Source: Macrostomum hystrix (Eukaryota > Animalia > Platyhelminthes). Taken from it: a DNA stretch of 64,000 nucleotides. A model generated the notes under the pieces. That model did no database searches. It was given only the letters and a program-made list of their open reading frames with translations, and was not told where the DNA came from. Shown one piece after another: positions 39,001 through 49,300 of the stretch. Within the stretch, counting starts at the first letter, position 1. Every line of letters starts with the position of its first letter. The DNA lies in assembly GCA_950097015.1 (NCBI GenBank), contig CATNEN010000007.1, forward strand, positions 620,001 through 684,000. Reading direction: 5' to 3'. Both the position numbers and the translations under genes were made by a program.

Positions 39001-39567
39001 CTTGTTTAAAATATGCACTTAATCAATAATGCCCTTATCAATGCAACACTTGTTTTTTATTCAAAATTTATTTCTTTTTTTAGTTGATTTAAAAGACATT
39101 TATCCTGTACGCATTTAAGTACTTTAATGTATATAAGAATAAAAAACATTACATAAATATAACGATACCCTTTAACACCAAAAGTAGCAAAAAAGTTAAA
39201 GTTTATCTCATTTACTCATTATATTCAGTATAAAAAATATTTTATTAAGACTATCTTATTAATGTTTATTTTTCTATTGGGTGCTGCTATATAATTATGA
39301 TCTAAAAATTATATTTTTACGATCCACGGAGCGTCTTGAAATTGTTGCAAACGCAAATGCAGTTGGTAATTTTCATCACAAAAATTTCTGCTATATATCC
39401 TGCACATTTGACGCCAAATGCGACGTATCTGTTACGTATCTTGGGAACGTTTCAGAAACGAGATAGATACGTAACTGCAACCACGAAAAACACGTATCCC
39501 ATACGTTGCATGGATACCTAAAACTAACGTTGTACTTACGTATCCATACGTATCTTTGTTGTGCGGG
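36057..39567 (+). mobile_element. 3.5-kb TIR element with CCC...GGG termini, GGA duplication and TACGTATC subterminal repeats; EnSpm/CMC-like, non-autonomous
   Basis: Left CCCGCACAGCAAAG versus right CTTTGTTGTGCGGG. GGA flanks both ends (36054-36056, 39568-39570). Removing the element restores mariner ...WAFPDEVPPTK in frame. Confidence 0.88.
37525..38381 (+). CDS. Transposon-encoded BEN/DUF4806-like protein with an SDREA acidic repeat tail; exons 37525-37743, 37815-37980, 38077-38381 (5' end uncertain)
   Basis: In-frame GT-AG splicing gives AITMMLLCTLATPTVLQHLSMEGRKGKQRLPPAVAESIVHILVG...CIGEVLKRMKRR. A 15-bp repeat encodes (SDREA)n. Confidence 0.6.
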
Positions 39568-40549
39568 GGAAACGCCCACGCCTGCGACTGGCACTTGCGC
39601 TCTGGCTCGTAGCAGTAAACCCAAGTCTCGTCGCTTGTCACGATGTCGGCGACCGCCTTAGACGCTCCATCGCTGTACTTCTGCAGCATCTGGCGGCACT
39701 AGTCGACCCTGGCCTGCTTTTGCTCAGGCTTCAGCAGGTGGGGCACCCAACGGCTGGTCAGCTTGCGCAAGCCGATGTGGTCGTGGAGGATTTTGGCGAT
39801 GGCCGGCGAATGAATACCCAGGGATGCCTCGATCTCCTTGTAGGTTATCCGCTGGTCAGCTTCTACCAGCTGGCGGACACGAGCCACTGTTTCTGGTGTC
39901 GTGGCAGTGGAAGGTCGACCCGTCCGCTCCTCATCTTCCAACGAGTCTCGGCCACGACGAAACTCGCGGAACCAGTTGCTGACGGTCGCAAGTGATGGAG
40001 CAGCTTCTGGGAAAGCCGCTGACAACCTTTCGTGGCACTGGCGGCAATCAAGGCCGCTGCGATAGTCATAGAAGATCATGGCACGAAAGTGCTCGCGATT
40101 CAGTTCCATGAGCTCAGCTGGAAAGCGGCTAAATGCTGCGAGATATTTACGTGAAATTTTATTCATCATGGTCATATATATTGTCATGTAAGCCTGTGAA
40201 AAATTAATCTGATAGGACAAACAGCTGAGGTCTAGCTAAAACTTTCGTAGTGCCCCTCGTATTCAGAATTAAAAATATACCGCGCGTGATCTTTCATGTC
40301 AGACAATAGGTGGAACTGCAGTGCGTGTGTGCTATGCCGAGAATTACAGCAATGGTTTCATGTGTGGTTGAGAATTTCACTCTGTGTACATTTGTGTACA
40401 TCTCAACGCGACCGATTTTTTCTCATTGGTTGAAGATAATGGACACTTTAAGTGTACTATTGTCTATCGCCAAATTGAACTAGTTTAAATAGTCAGCGAA
40501 CAGTTCTGTGCAAATAGCATCGTGCAAGGATAATATACTGCAGCCAATC

Positions 40550-41586
40550 ATGACTCATTCCGGTAGGGCCTGCAGCTACGTCCGTTACTTGGATCCTTTG
40601 TCAATTCTAGGCTACTTTTCTAACAAAACTGTGTCGATTACTGATCCTAGCAGCAAGAAATTACTGGAGAACAGTCCTGATGAAGAGCTAGGATCAACTC
40701 GAATTGGAGTTTTTGAAGCTGGACGTCAGCAGAATGAGGTGAGTATTGTGCGCCACTTTAGTACTGCAGGATTGGGTAGGGTGACGTTAGATCTACTGCA
40801 GGATTGGGTAAGGTGACGTTAGATTTACTGCAGGATTGGGTAGGGTGACGATAGATCTACTGCAGGATTGGGTAGGGTGACGATAGATCTACTTCAGGAT
40901 TGGGTAAGGTGACGATAGATCTACTGCAGGATTTGGTAAGGTGACGATAGATCTACTGCAGGATTGGGTAGGGTGACGATAGATCTACTGCGGGATTGGG
41001 TAGTGTGATGATAGACTAGGTCCAGCAAATGACTCCAGTGTCGTCACCTCACACCGCGCAGGATGCCAGTCCGAAAATCGAGACAGTCACCTGGAGTGAT
41101 CTGCTTTCATCGATGAGCTGTCAGAAGATACTCGACATCGCCATCGCGACAACAATCCTGCCCTGTTCTATCTCCCTGATCACAATGTCCTTGGTATACA
41201 TGAGTTTCGACGAATCCAGTGAGGCTGATCAGCTGATAAAGTACATCATGGCCGTATCCGGTTTCTTCCTTCTGATGTCATACACCTGCTGGCTGGCGAG
41301 AACCTTGTGCTCCAGCTCCGCTGGTCGCAAGGATGTCGACGTTGATGTCAACGGTTTGATGACGATGGACAGCGAGCTGAAACGACTGCAGCGTCAGCAG
41401 AGTTGGAATCTGCAGGAGAGGCGACAGCAGCGGCTGGAGACCCGGTGCCGACAGTTGCGGCGGCAGCGCCGGCTGATGGAGCGGAGCTGTGAGCAGCTGC
41501 TGCAGCGCAAGAAGCAGATCAGAGATCAGTGCAAGCGGATGTCCAATTGGAAGAATATGATGGAGTTTATGCAGTACTACACTTGA
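40550..41586 (+). CDS. Orphan 2-TM membrane protein with C-terminal coiled coil; exons 40550-40738 and 41020 (or 41026)-41586
   Basis: Two hydrophobic segments (ILDIAIATTILPCSISLITMSLVY; LIKYIMAVSGFFLLMSYTCWLA). Phase-0 intron filled by a 32-bp array. Paralogous to 42603-44040. Confidence 0.65.
40762..41010. repeat. 32-bp minisatellite TACTGCAGGATTGGGTAGGGTGACGATAGATC
   Basis: About 8 copies filling the intron. Confidence 0.92.
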
Positions 41587-41756
41587 CTCAACTGTACTGT
41601 AGTTTTTTAAGCGCCCCTATTTATACTGCACCGAATTTATTACTGAATTAAGTTTAATATCCAAAATTTCGTTTAAAAGTACTTTTTCGCAAATAGAAAT
41701 GCACTTCGCATATTCTGTAAAAAAATTGCGTTGAAAAAGTTTTGTGTTTACATCAG

Positions 41757-42208
41757 GGGTGAGTGGCAGTGCGGTCTATCACGTTTGCCTCTCGTGCCAA
41801 GGTCCTGAGCTCGATTCTGCGGCGAGGCCACATTCATTTTGAGGCGCTTATGGGCCCTGTCGCTAAATTTGAGGACCATTGAGGGCCAACCTCCTAGGCA
41901 CAGCGAAGTGTACACTGACCGACGATGAGAAAGTCAAGGCAGATGTACACACCTGTGTGAGCGTGTGCCTACGTAAGGTAAATATTGCAGCCCTCCTACA
42001 GTTATTAATATATACTATCTTCCTCGTGCATCGTCAGGCAGTGTACACTCTTACTGTGCCTGCCTTGGAGGTTAGACCTCAAGGGCGTAAATTTCATGAC
42101 AAGCCCCCAAACTAAGCTCATGAAAATGAATTTGGCCACACCGTGGAATCGAGCTCAGGGACCTTGGTATGAGAGGCCGACACGTTAAACTGTTCTCCCA
42201 CTTACCCC
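41757..42208. mobile_element. Inverted (tail-to-tail) pair of SINE family A copies: 41757-41975 (+) and 42024-42208 (-)
   Basis: Both carry the GGG(T/G)(G/A)AGTGG head, the CCAAGGTCC..TCGATTC B-box region and the shared body. Confidence 0.75.
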
Positions 42209-42602
42209 AGAATCAACAAAGTGAATGTTCGGCTTAACGCGCTGAAGTTTTTTTATCGATAATTGATTAAAGCGTTAAAAATCATTGCTATAGTTTCAAG
42301 TAAGTACACGTAATTTTCTTGAAGAAAAAAAACTAAATTTTGTTTGACTAACGAATCCAATTTATTCTTGGCGCCAATTTAAATTGAAAAAATCATTATA
42401 ATTAGGAAGTTAGCTTTTTAGGAAGTTAAAAAACGGCGGTAAACATAATAAAAGTTTTAAAGGCTAACAAAAATGTCAGAAACCATGGCAAGTAAATTCT
42501 GAGTTCAAATACGAACGCGAATTCATGAGTTCGCACTAATTCCAGGCGGGTTTCGAATTGGCGCGAAACATACCGGAGATTTCAATTGACAGACTGCGGG
42601 AA

Positions 42603-44040
42603 TCAGACCTGCTCAACGGCTGAGCTGGCTGTTTTTTGTCTTTCCCCAGTTGGCGGTATGACGACAATGTCTATGGGTGCTGCTGGAGTCGCGTCCTCCG
42701 CAATGAGATTGTGCTCAATGTCGTCGGAGTCGCCAGAGAAGCCGTCACTGTCAGCATGGTGGTGGACGACGTTGTCGAACGCACAAAACGCGTCACCGTC
42801 GGTGGCGTGGGCGCACCTGTTGAACTCGGTGCGTTTTCGTTTGGCGGCCTTGCGGTAGACGCAAACCGCGGTGGCCAGCCAGGCCAAGTACAGGATGAGG
42901 AGCAGGCAGCCGAAGGCCGCCACAATGTACTTTAGCCAGGGATAAGGCTCGCTGAGACTCGGCTGGCTGTTGATGTAGCCGAATGAGAGCACGATGACGA
43001 CTATGGATCCGGGCAGCAGGGTGGCGGCGCACAGCAGGTCGGCAATCATGCGGTAGCGAAGACCCTGAATGGTCTCGATGCGCCAGCAGCAGGCGCCCTG
43101 GGCGCGGATGGTAGAAGGCGATGGGATCAGAGGGTGGGTATTTTGGGCTGAGATGAAGGGCTGAACGGGAGAGAGTTTGGGATTAAAAAGTAAATGTAAG
43201 AAGCTGGGTGTTGGGGAATATGGAAATTTAGGGAGGAAAATGTGGAGATAAAAAATGGACGTAGAGGAGTGATTGAAGAAGAATGAAGGAAACGAAAGCG
43301 GTGGAGGAAAATAGGGAAAGATGGAATTAATGTGAGACAGGGGGGAGATAAGCATGCAGAGGGAAATGGGGAGAAGCAAGGGAGAGAGCCTGGCGGAAAC
43401 TGGCAGAGAGAAATGAGGGGAGAGGTAAACGGGAGAGGGGATATGGAGGGAAACAGCGAGAAGGAAATGAAACGACGGGGGAGAGCTGGAAACGAGCTGG
43501 AAGGGATCGGGGTAGAGGGAAGTTGAGAAGTAAAAAACAGTTGGAATGGAAGCTGGGGTAATGTGGAAAAGGTGTAGAGGAAAACAGGGGAAGGGAAATA
43601 AGAGAGATAAACGGGGAAATGGAGGGAAACGGGAAAGAGGAAAATTGAGGGAGGATGGAAACGGGGGAGGGAAATTGGGATAGGTAAACGGGGGAGGGGA
43701 AGGGGAGATAATTGGGGGAGGTAAATGGGGGGAAGTTAAACTAGGGGAGGAGACGTGAGAGAGAGAAGCAGGGATAAGGAAACGAGGTGAGGGAAACGGA
43801 GGGGGGAAAGGGGAAGAGAAAGAAGGTGGAAGTGACAGAAGGTTGAACGCTGGTCACCTGGTTCTCCAGTCGTGCGTCTCTCCGCTGCTCCCTCGTTCGC
43901 AGCTTCTCCTGCTGCTGCTGATTCAGTTTGGACGGCGGCGGCACGTAGACGAAGCTGAGGCCCAGCACGGAGTTGCGCATGCCTTCCCGAACGGTGACAT
44001 CCCTGTTTATCTGGGTGGTGTTCAGATAGGTCATCTCCAT
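42603..44040 (-). CDS. Orphan 2-TM membrane protein; exons 44040-43858, 43097-42603; 225 aa
   Basis: Hydrophobic segments MIADLLCAATLLPGSIVVIVLSFGY and WLKYIVAAFGCLLLILYLAWLA. Phase-0 GT-AG intron filled with purine-rich degenerate repeat. Confidence 0.68.
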
Positions 44041-46389
44041 CTTTGATGGGGCGATGGTAAAATAGGCAAACACTGCAGATGAATACTGTGGCAGACAATT
44101 TACTAAACTAAAGCAAGGCTAGACTAAGCGCGATAAACTAGCCCATTTAATTCAGCGAGCCAAGTCTTGAGAGCGGCCAATCTATCTTTGGCGCGTGTAC
44201 ATTCGCGTGCGCTGGCAGTCTGATAGGGAATGTACATCGGCAGATTTCGTCCCTCTGATATAACAGCCAGCCAATCAGAGATCAGTTTGGATTTGACTAG
44301 GGCTGAATGTACATTAAATTACTCGAGGCCAGAAAACAATTGTACATTTTATGACTGCATTTATTTGAACATTAGATAAATGAGCGCCGAAAAGAGTGCG
44401 TAATTTGATGGTACTGTGAACGAGTCTTTGAATATTAAATTAGTGAAGCAAGAAACAGTGCTCATGAATCTACTTATTTCTGTTTGAGATATTTTTCTCG
44501 TATTTGATAATACGTAAACGTAAATAACGTTAAAAACTCGGATTTTTCTGATATTAAATTGACTTTCTGATAGCTACTTTACATGTAGCAAGAGAAATAG
44601 CTCAGGATTGCACGTGAAATGTGTAGCACCGTGATCTGGTGTAAGCTTAAACGCTGCACGCTATTAACGAAAATAAGTCAGTAAAGAAACTCTGAGAGAA
44701 AGACTCTATTTTTGCCTTCAAATTGCAACGCAATGCAAAACTGGACAGCCCGTGTGGCTGCCTAGCAGATATTGCCTTTATTTCGTAAGATTTGATTAGA
44801 GGAAAGCCACGTTTTATATTTATTTTTTGTTATTGATGTTACAGATATTTTTTATTTAACTTTCTTATCTTCGTCACACAGCAACCCAGGAGGCAGTGCT
44901 ATGGGGCGCAACTTTTCAAATCAAATATTAACTAGACAGTAGTTAGATAAATTAATATAACAATTACTGGGACAGGAAAGCGCAAAGATAACAATAACCT
45001 TTACACTGCTGGTGAGTCGCACCAATTTTTTTTATTTAATAAGCCCGCCACAGAGCTCAATCGGCTGCGAGACTAATTTGGGAAGAATTGTGAGATGGAG
45101 AGTGGAAAATTATGATACGATGGTAGATGAGAAGATGGACTAGAAAGATAGATAGTGGTGAGGGGACCATCCCTTACAGGCCAGCAGCAACAACTAGGCG
45201 CAAGGAAAATGCAGGCAAAACCATATATTTCGGGCGGGCACTGCTTCAGATAAGATGGGCATGGCACTCTCTGCGAAAGATAGGCAAATACTCGCAATGT
45301 TATACAGTGAATGCACGGATAATTCACTAAACAAACAACAGAAAACAATGCCTGAAAGAAAGAATAGAGAAAAACAAACAACGTTGTCTAAGCATATTAA
45401 TGCAAAGTAGAGGAAAGCAACTTTGATGGCGAAACAATAAACACAAAGAGCAAACAGAACAAGTCTTCCACCGATTAAATTAGAGGGCCGATATGGAATA
45501 GGACGAGCAATCGAATGGGCGAGAGAGCAGTAATTTTAGGATCTAGCTTCAAGCAAGCACTTTTCGCTTTGAAAGAGAAAATTCAATGATTGCCAAGACG
45601 ATTGGCACTGGTGCTTCGTGCACACTACTGACTAAAGATTTGAGTAAGTAGCATATTGAGAGCATTAGCAGAAAATTGTCACAGACATTCTCAGAAATTC
45701 GTTTGCAATTCTTAATGTACTTGCAGTTGATTTATTGCTAGATAAACTCATAATGGAATAACACTGAGGGCTGAGACAAGCTGACAGAGTAGATATGGGG
45801 ACATAAAGTTAATGTGATCAGATGCTCTTGAATAAGCATGTTTGATTGCCTGTTTTTAAAAAATGACTTAACCGAAGGAAAGGAAAAACACGCCAAATGT
45901 TAACGCTTTGCTGATCTTTAGCTAAAATCAATGGGAGAAAAAATAGACACAATATTTTTCGGATTTTGGGACTTTGTGACTGGTTTGCAACATTGTTATG
46001 CGCCCTTAGAATATATACGTGGGAATTTTGTTTGCTTGACGGATTTTAACTACACTTTCTTAAGTCGGAAAAGTGGGAATTTTTCCATAAACAGGGAAAA
46101 TTTAGGGAAAATTGCCCACTTTTTGGAAGTTTATTTAGGAAAAAAGCGCAGTTCTATTTACTCTCCCAGTTGGTAAGATTTTAGGAATTTGTCTTCAACA
46201 GACAGCGCTGCAATCCAGTGACCCGTTAGTGTTTTCAATGATCGGAATTAGAAACGCATAACGAAGGATAAGTTTAAAAGCGCAAGAGAGACTTTGGGAA
46301 AAAGCAGAAATGAAGTGTGCTCTAAATTTCAAGAAATTTATGAGTTAGCTAATTTTATCAGATTAAGAAAGGACAGCGGATTCACAGTT

Positions 46390-49300
46390 CTACAGCTCAT
46401 CGTCTGGCTCGTGGCTGCCGCGGTCGCGTCGGCGACTGTCGTCGTCGCCATCCCGTTGAGCCGAGGCGGAGGCTGAGGACTCCTCATCGTTGGTCTCCAC
46501 TTCCTCGTCGGAGGCCCGGCTAGGCGGAGGCGGAGGGGTTGTTGGCGGTGGGGGCATCGAGTCCACGTCCTCCGCTACTGGCGGCTTTTCTGTGGAGCCC
46601 GACTGCTGCTGCTTCTGCTGCTCCTGATCATTGGTGGTCGATTCTGAATCGGCCTTCTTATCACCTTCGGCACCTAAAATAATATTAGTAGAGCCCACAT
46701 GTTTTCACATTGTTTCACTTCAGTTATCCCATGCCTGTCTAATCCCTAATTCCCAATCCCATGCCTGTCAATTCCCTGATTCCCTATCCATGCCTGTCAA
46801 TTCCCTGATTCCCTATCCATGCCTGTCTAATCCATAATTCCCAATCCCATGCCTGTCAATTCTCTGATTCCATACCCATGCCTGTCTTCTCCTTAATTCC
46901 CAATCCCATGCCTGTCTTCTCCTTAATTCCCAATCCCATGCCTGTCTTCTCCCTAATTCCCAATCGCATGCCTGTCAATTCCCTGATTCCCTATCCATGC
47001 CTGTCTTAATTAATTCCCAATCCCATGCTTGTCAATTCTCTGATTCCCTATCCATGCCTGTCTTCTCCCTCATTCCCAATCCCATGCCTGTCTTATCTCT
47101 AATTCCCAATCCCATGCCTGTCTTCTCCCTGATTCCAAATCCCAAGACTGCCTTCATAAAGTTTCCAAAATCCCATGCCTACCTTCTGCCTAACTCACAA
47201 TCCCAAGACTGCCTTCTCCACACCTCGAAAGTTCATATCCCCACTGCTTCCTCTTATTCATATAAAAAGTAAAATCCCAAAAAGAGTGGAATGCACTAAA
47301 AATAAAAAATAAAAGAATAAACCCAGGCCTTGAATTGAAATCGAATGAAAATAATAATTAATCTCAAGACGAAAAATTCGGCGTTCAATACGCACAACAG
47401 CCAACTAGCCTACTATAAGTAGGCAGAGCTGCGATTAAAACCACCCGTTCAAAAATAATTATCCACCCAAATGTCAAATCCGACAAGAAAAAGAGAAAGA
47501 AAAACCTTTTCATATAGGAAACACAAAGGAATGAAGAGAGGACAATGGCAGCATTCGGGAAGCTGATTAAGGGAGTTGGGGGTACAGCACACCCGTTCTT
47601 CCAGCTGACAGCTCTCGCATGATGGCGGCTCGCAGCATCATCTCGCGCAGTCGGCGCCTGTCCCTGGCACCCAGCCGGTAGCTGCCGTCGGCGCCGGCGC
47701 GGATAAATCTGCCTCGGCGCCTACGACTGGCCTCGGCCTTAGCCCTAGCCTTGGCCTTGTCAGCCCTAGCCCTAGCCTTAGCCTCGGCTTTGGCGCGCGC
47801 CTCGGTTTCAAGCTTGAGCTTGGCGTCTGCGGCCTCCCGCCTCTGCTTCTCCAGCTCGGCGGCGCGAGCCAGCTTGTCTCGGAGCAGCTGGCCTAGGCGA
47901 GCCTTCAAGCCTTCGCCGCGTAGAGAGATCTCTGCCGCGGTGACTGTTGGCGGCTCGTGTGCCGGTCTTTCAGCCAGCAACCGCTCCGATTGGTTCACCC
48001 ACAACTGAGCCGGGGGAGCAGAGAGCAAAAGAGAGGAGGAGCGAGATTGTGAAATAAGAGCAGAGAAAATTTTAATTGAAAAACTTTAATTGAAAACAGA
48101 AAAAAGGGTGTAAAAATAATTCCGGAAAATATACGATCATATTTTTTCGCGAAAATTTAAGAAGCAACAGACAGGGCCATAAATCCTAAGAATCGAGTAG
48201 CGAAACCGTTCGACCGTTCGTCCCGACATTCCAGCTGTTCAGTCAGCCACGCTGGTGCTGCTGCTGAAATGCGCAACTCACCGTCTTCAGTCTTTGGCGA
48301 CTTGGGCGGAGGCGGCGGCGTTTTAGGCGTGGGCGGCACGTAGTACTTGATCTTGCCCAGGAGGTAGCTGATCTCGCGTTCCAGTGCGGACATTTTCAGT
48401 TTCAAATCTTCAACCCGAACCAGCGGCTTCTTGGTGAGGTCCTGACTGTCCACCTCAGTCTGCCTGGCTATGCGCCAGTCCTTTTGTTATTAGTTTTTAT
48501 TCGATTTTTAGTTGTTTAAAATTGTAATACATGTATTTCTTAGGAAATGTAAGGAACTTAAACAAACAACCAGCCGCTCGTGGCAAGTAAAATTCGCACT
48601 AGACTTAAGTAAAATTTACCTCAGTCTCGTTGATGAGGTTGCCTAGAGTAGTGTACTCAGCCTGGGTGAAGACATTGCCTTCCCCAGTCATATTCTGCAT
48701 TGTGTCCCAGAAGGTGCGAGTGTGATTCAGCATATCCTTCAGCATTTTGAACGCTTTTGGACGTTCGATCATCTCGCGGACTCGCAGGTTGAGGTCGGAC
48801 AGCATGGTCTTGAGCTCGTTAGTCTTGGCTGTGAATTGCTCTTTCGTAGTGTCCATGCCCTGCTCATCGTACCAGTCCTGTAAAGGTGGAGTGAGTGTGC
48901 ATGCTAGTGTACAATTAGAGCAGGGTTTGGTATAGAGCGAGTAGTACATTGAGGGCAGGGTTTGGTATAGAGCGAGTAGTACATTGAAGGCAGGGTTTGG
49001 TATAGAGCGAGTGTACATTGAGGGCAGAGTTTGGTATAGAGCGAGTGTACATTGAGGGCAGGGTTTGGTATAGAGCGAGTGTACATTGAGGGCAGGGTTT
49101 GGTATAGAGCGAGTACACATTGAGGGCAGGGTTTGGTCTTGAGGGAGTGTACATCGGGCCGATAAACCAACCTGCGCAGCCGAAAGCTTCTCAACGTAGC
49201 CCTGCCGTTCGGCCTCAGTTGAGCACTTCTCATAGTCCGGCAGATTCAGCCTATCCTTGTACTCAAAGATGAGCGCTTCTAATTCGTTGCGAGCCTTCTC

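Larger units (their letters stand above)
35476..40259 (-). mobile_element. Mariner (DD34D) element, dead, split by a nested 3.5-kb insertion
   Basis: TA-flanked TIRs (CGGTGCACTACGAAAGTTTTTAGC / GCTAAAACTTTCGTAGTGCCCCTCG). Transposase from ATG 40109: MELNREHFRAMIFY, GRPST, WVPHLL, IVTSDETW, then after the insertion HQDNASAH, HPPYSPDLAPCDF, to stop 35536. TGG>TAG at ~39699 and a 1-nt frameshift near 35725. Confidence 0.92.

Noticed and set aside
45127-45330. Possible retroelement zinc-knuckle remnant (HCFR*DGHG..C)
   Set aside because: Spacing does not fit CX2CX4HX4C and no gag/pol context is present.
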